Assembly: GCA_030390025.1 (NCBI GenBank)
Contig: CM059431.1
Location: 147,438,001 to 147,502,000, forward strand
From: Squalus acanthias
Lineage: Eukaryota
Reading direction: 5' to 3'
DNA length: 64,000 bases
In this document: piece by piece, positions 62,377 to 64,000 of the stretch
How the letters are laid out: the number at the start of each line of letters is the position of its first letter
Position numbering within the stretch: the first letter of the stretch is position 1
Translations under genes and position numbers: made by a program
Notes under the pieces: model-generated
What the model saw: the letters and a program-made list of their open reading frames with translations, nothing else
Databases searched by the model: none
Told to the model about the DNA's origin: nothing

Positions 62377-64000
62377 TGTAAGGGTTTCTCTGAACCTGTG
62401 AGATTCGTGTGGCTCTGTGCTCAGCCTGGGTGCTAGTGCGAGGTTAGGCCTTGTCGCCTGTTCTGGTCTCCAGCCAGTCTGGGAGCACTAGACACCTGTG
62501 AGTGGTTCGACCCACTCGCCCTTACGGTTCTGACACTGGACTTAGATGCGAGAGCAGTAATGGAGAGAAAACTCAGGTAGACCCGGTTGAATGATACGAA
62601 ATGGAAAATCTTTATTGCATGTTATTTAAGATTACGAAATACATGTCATAAGCACAGATTAATGACAGTACAATCTTACACGCAGTTATGTAACTAATTT
62701 CAGGGAAACGAGGAACGAACGACACATCGTAAATGGGGGCACACATTACAATTATCCTTAAAACTTAAACCCTCCCCTGTCAATACCTACTCTAAACTAG
62801 ACTTGTAGGATCGAGACTCATGCTCACCACTCGTGATAACTCGGAGAATTCCGAAAACTCTGATCGGATGTTTTTCACCGCAGCACCTGATCACCCACGT
62901 GTTGGTCAGGGGTCTCTGTACCCCACTTGTTTACTCGTTTCTGCTCCGGCTAGCAGGCTGGACCGTCTGCTGTCATGAAGATCTGTGTTGTCCTCGGAGT
63001 TCCGACTCTACTCAAAAAAGAGTCTTCCTGTGCCCTCGCACTGATGCGATAAAATTCGAATAATAGTCATCCTGGCTGTTCTGTAAAATTCAAAGATGGT
63101 CTTCCTGGGCAAGGAAAGTGTCTATTCGACCTACAGGCGCGGTCGGAGCTTACTGACCGTGGCGATACGTATGGTCTTCTTCTCTTCTCATCTCATCTCA
63201 TCTCATCTCATCTCATCTCATCTCGGGCCTTCAGTTCCAACACCGTTTACCGACTTCTCGGGATGGTGCGCCCGTTTCAAGGCTTCACAGCCCAGTTCCA
63301 CACAGATCTTCGCGGCACGCCACGAGGCAGATCCGGGCGGATCGTAAAGTTCAACAGTCTTTTGAAAAGAGACACGAGGCAAACGGCACGGAGTCGAAAG
63401 GATAAGACCACAGGAGCAGCCACGAGGATAAACGCCAGCAGGATAAGAGTCAACCGAATAAGAGAAAGATGGACGGTTGGAGCTTGCAGTTATAGAGCAA
63501 AATCTTCCTTTTCCCGCCCAACCTTAATGTCTTTTCTTTTGTTAGGGTTTGGCGCTCAAATTTCTTGTATAGGGTGATCTCCGTTTTAATGGGTTTCGGG
63601 GATACTCGTAACTGTCTGAGTACCTGTTAATACTTTTCCCATTGTTTAATCGGTCGGTGTTCTCCCTGGAGGGGTTTTGGGGCTTCCAAATGTTTTCTGT
63701 AACTACCCGCTAACGGCTCTCTCATCGTAGAGTCGTTGGGATTTTGCATATTAATGTCTTTGGATGGGTTCTTGATTACTTGGTACAATAGCCCTTATTC
63801 GCACCTGGGAGACCGATTTCAGTATTTGTGTGTATACTGCAAACCCATGATGTCTCGTGTATTATCTTAAATGTGCTTTGTCTTGATCGATCTTGCACAA
63901 ATGTTTATTGGAACGCCATCTTGTCTGCCTGTCGAAGAATCTAGAATGTTCTGCCACGAGGCGTGGCGGCCATTTTACAGGCTGCCTGTGTCCACTTTGA
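62377..64000 (-). mobile_element. Probable long LTR (ERV-like) running off the window
   Basis: Starts with TGTAA and interrupts a CR1 fragment; minus-strand AATAAA near 62613 and TATAA near 63491; (TCTCA)n at 63186; no recognisable ORF. Confidence 0.55.

Overview
Repeat-dense vertebrate DNA, most likely a cartilaginous fish (inferred from the CR1 families, the SacSINE1/DeuSINE-like SINEs and the Penelope tails). The one recognisable host gene is a minus-strand FAM111A-like trypsin-type serine protease. Its large exon (16980-15250) has an intact His/Asp/Ser triad but one in-frame TGA. Three small candidate minus-strand exons can join into a separate ORF that starts with a signal peptide. The rest is mobile DNA and its derivatives. 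It includes many CR1 LINE fragments and a near full-length CR1 (esterase ORF1 plus ORF2) that carries an ORF1-less Tx1 element in its 5' region. Also present are PIF/Harbinger elements, LTR/ERV pieces, and Penelope remnants with minimal hammerhead ribozymes. Tandem repeats of 42, 38, 33 and 98 bp each trace to a specific retroelement segment. The right half is a 10,052-bp tandem duplication plus a 1,895-bp duplication, with breakpoints inside the 38-bp satellite. Repeat boundaries are approximate unless a TSD or TIR is given. Family names come from motif recognition, not database searches.
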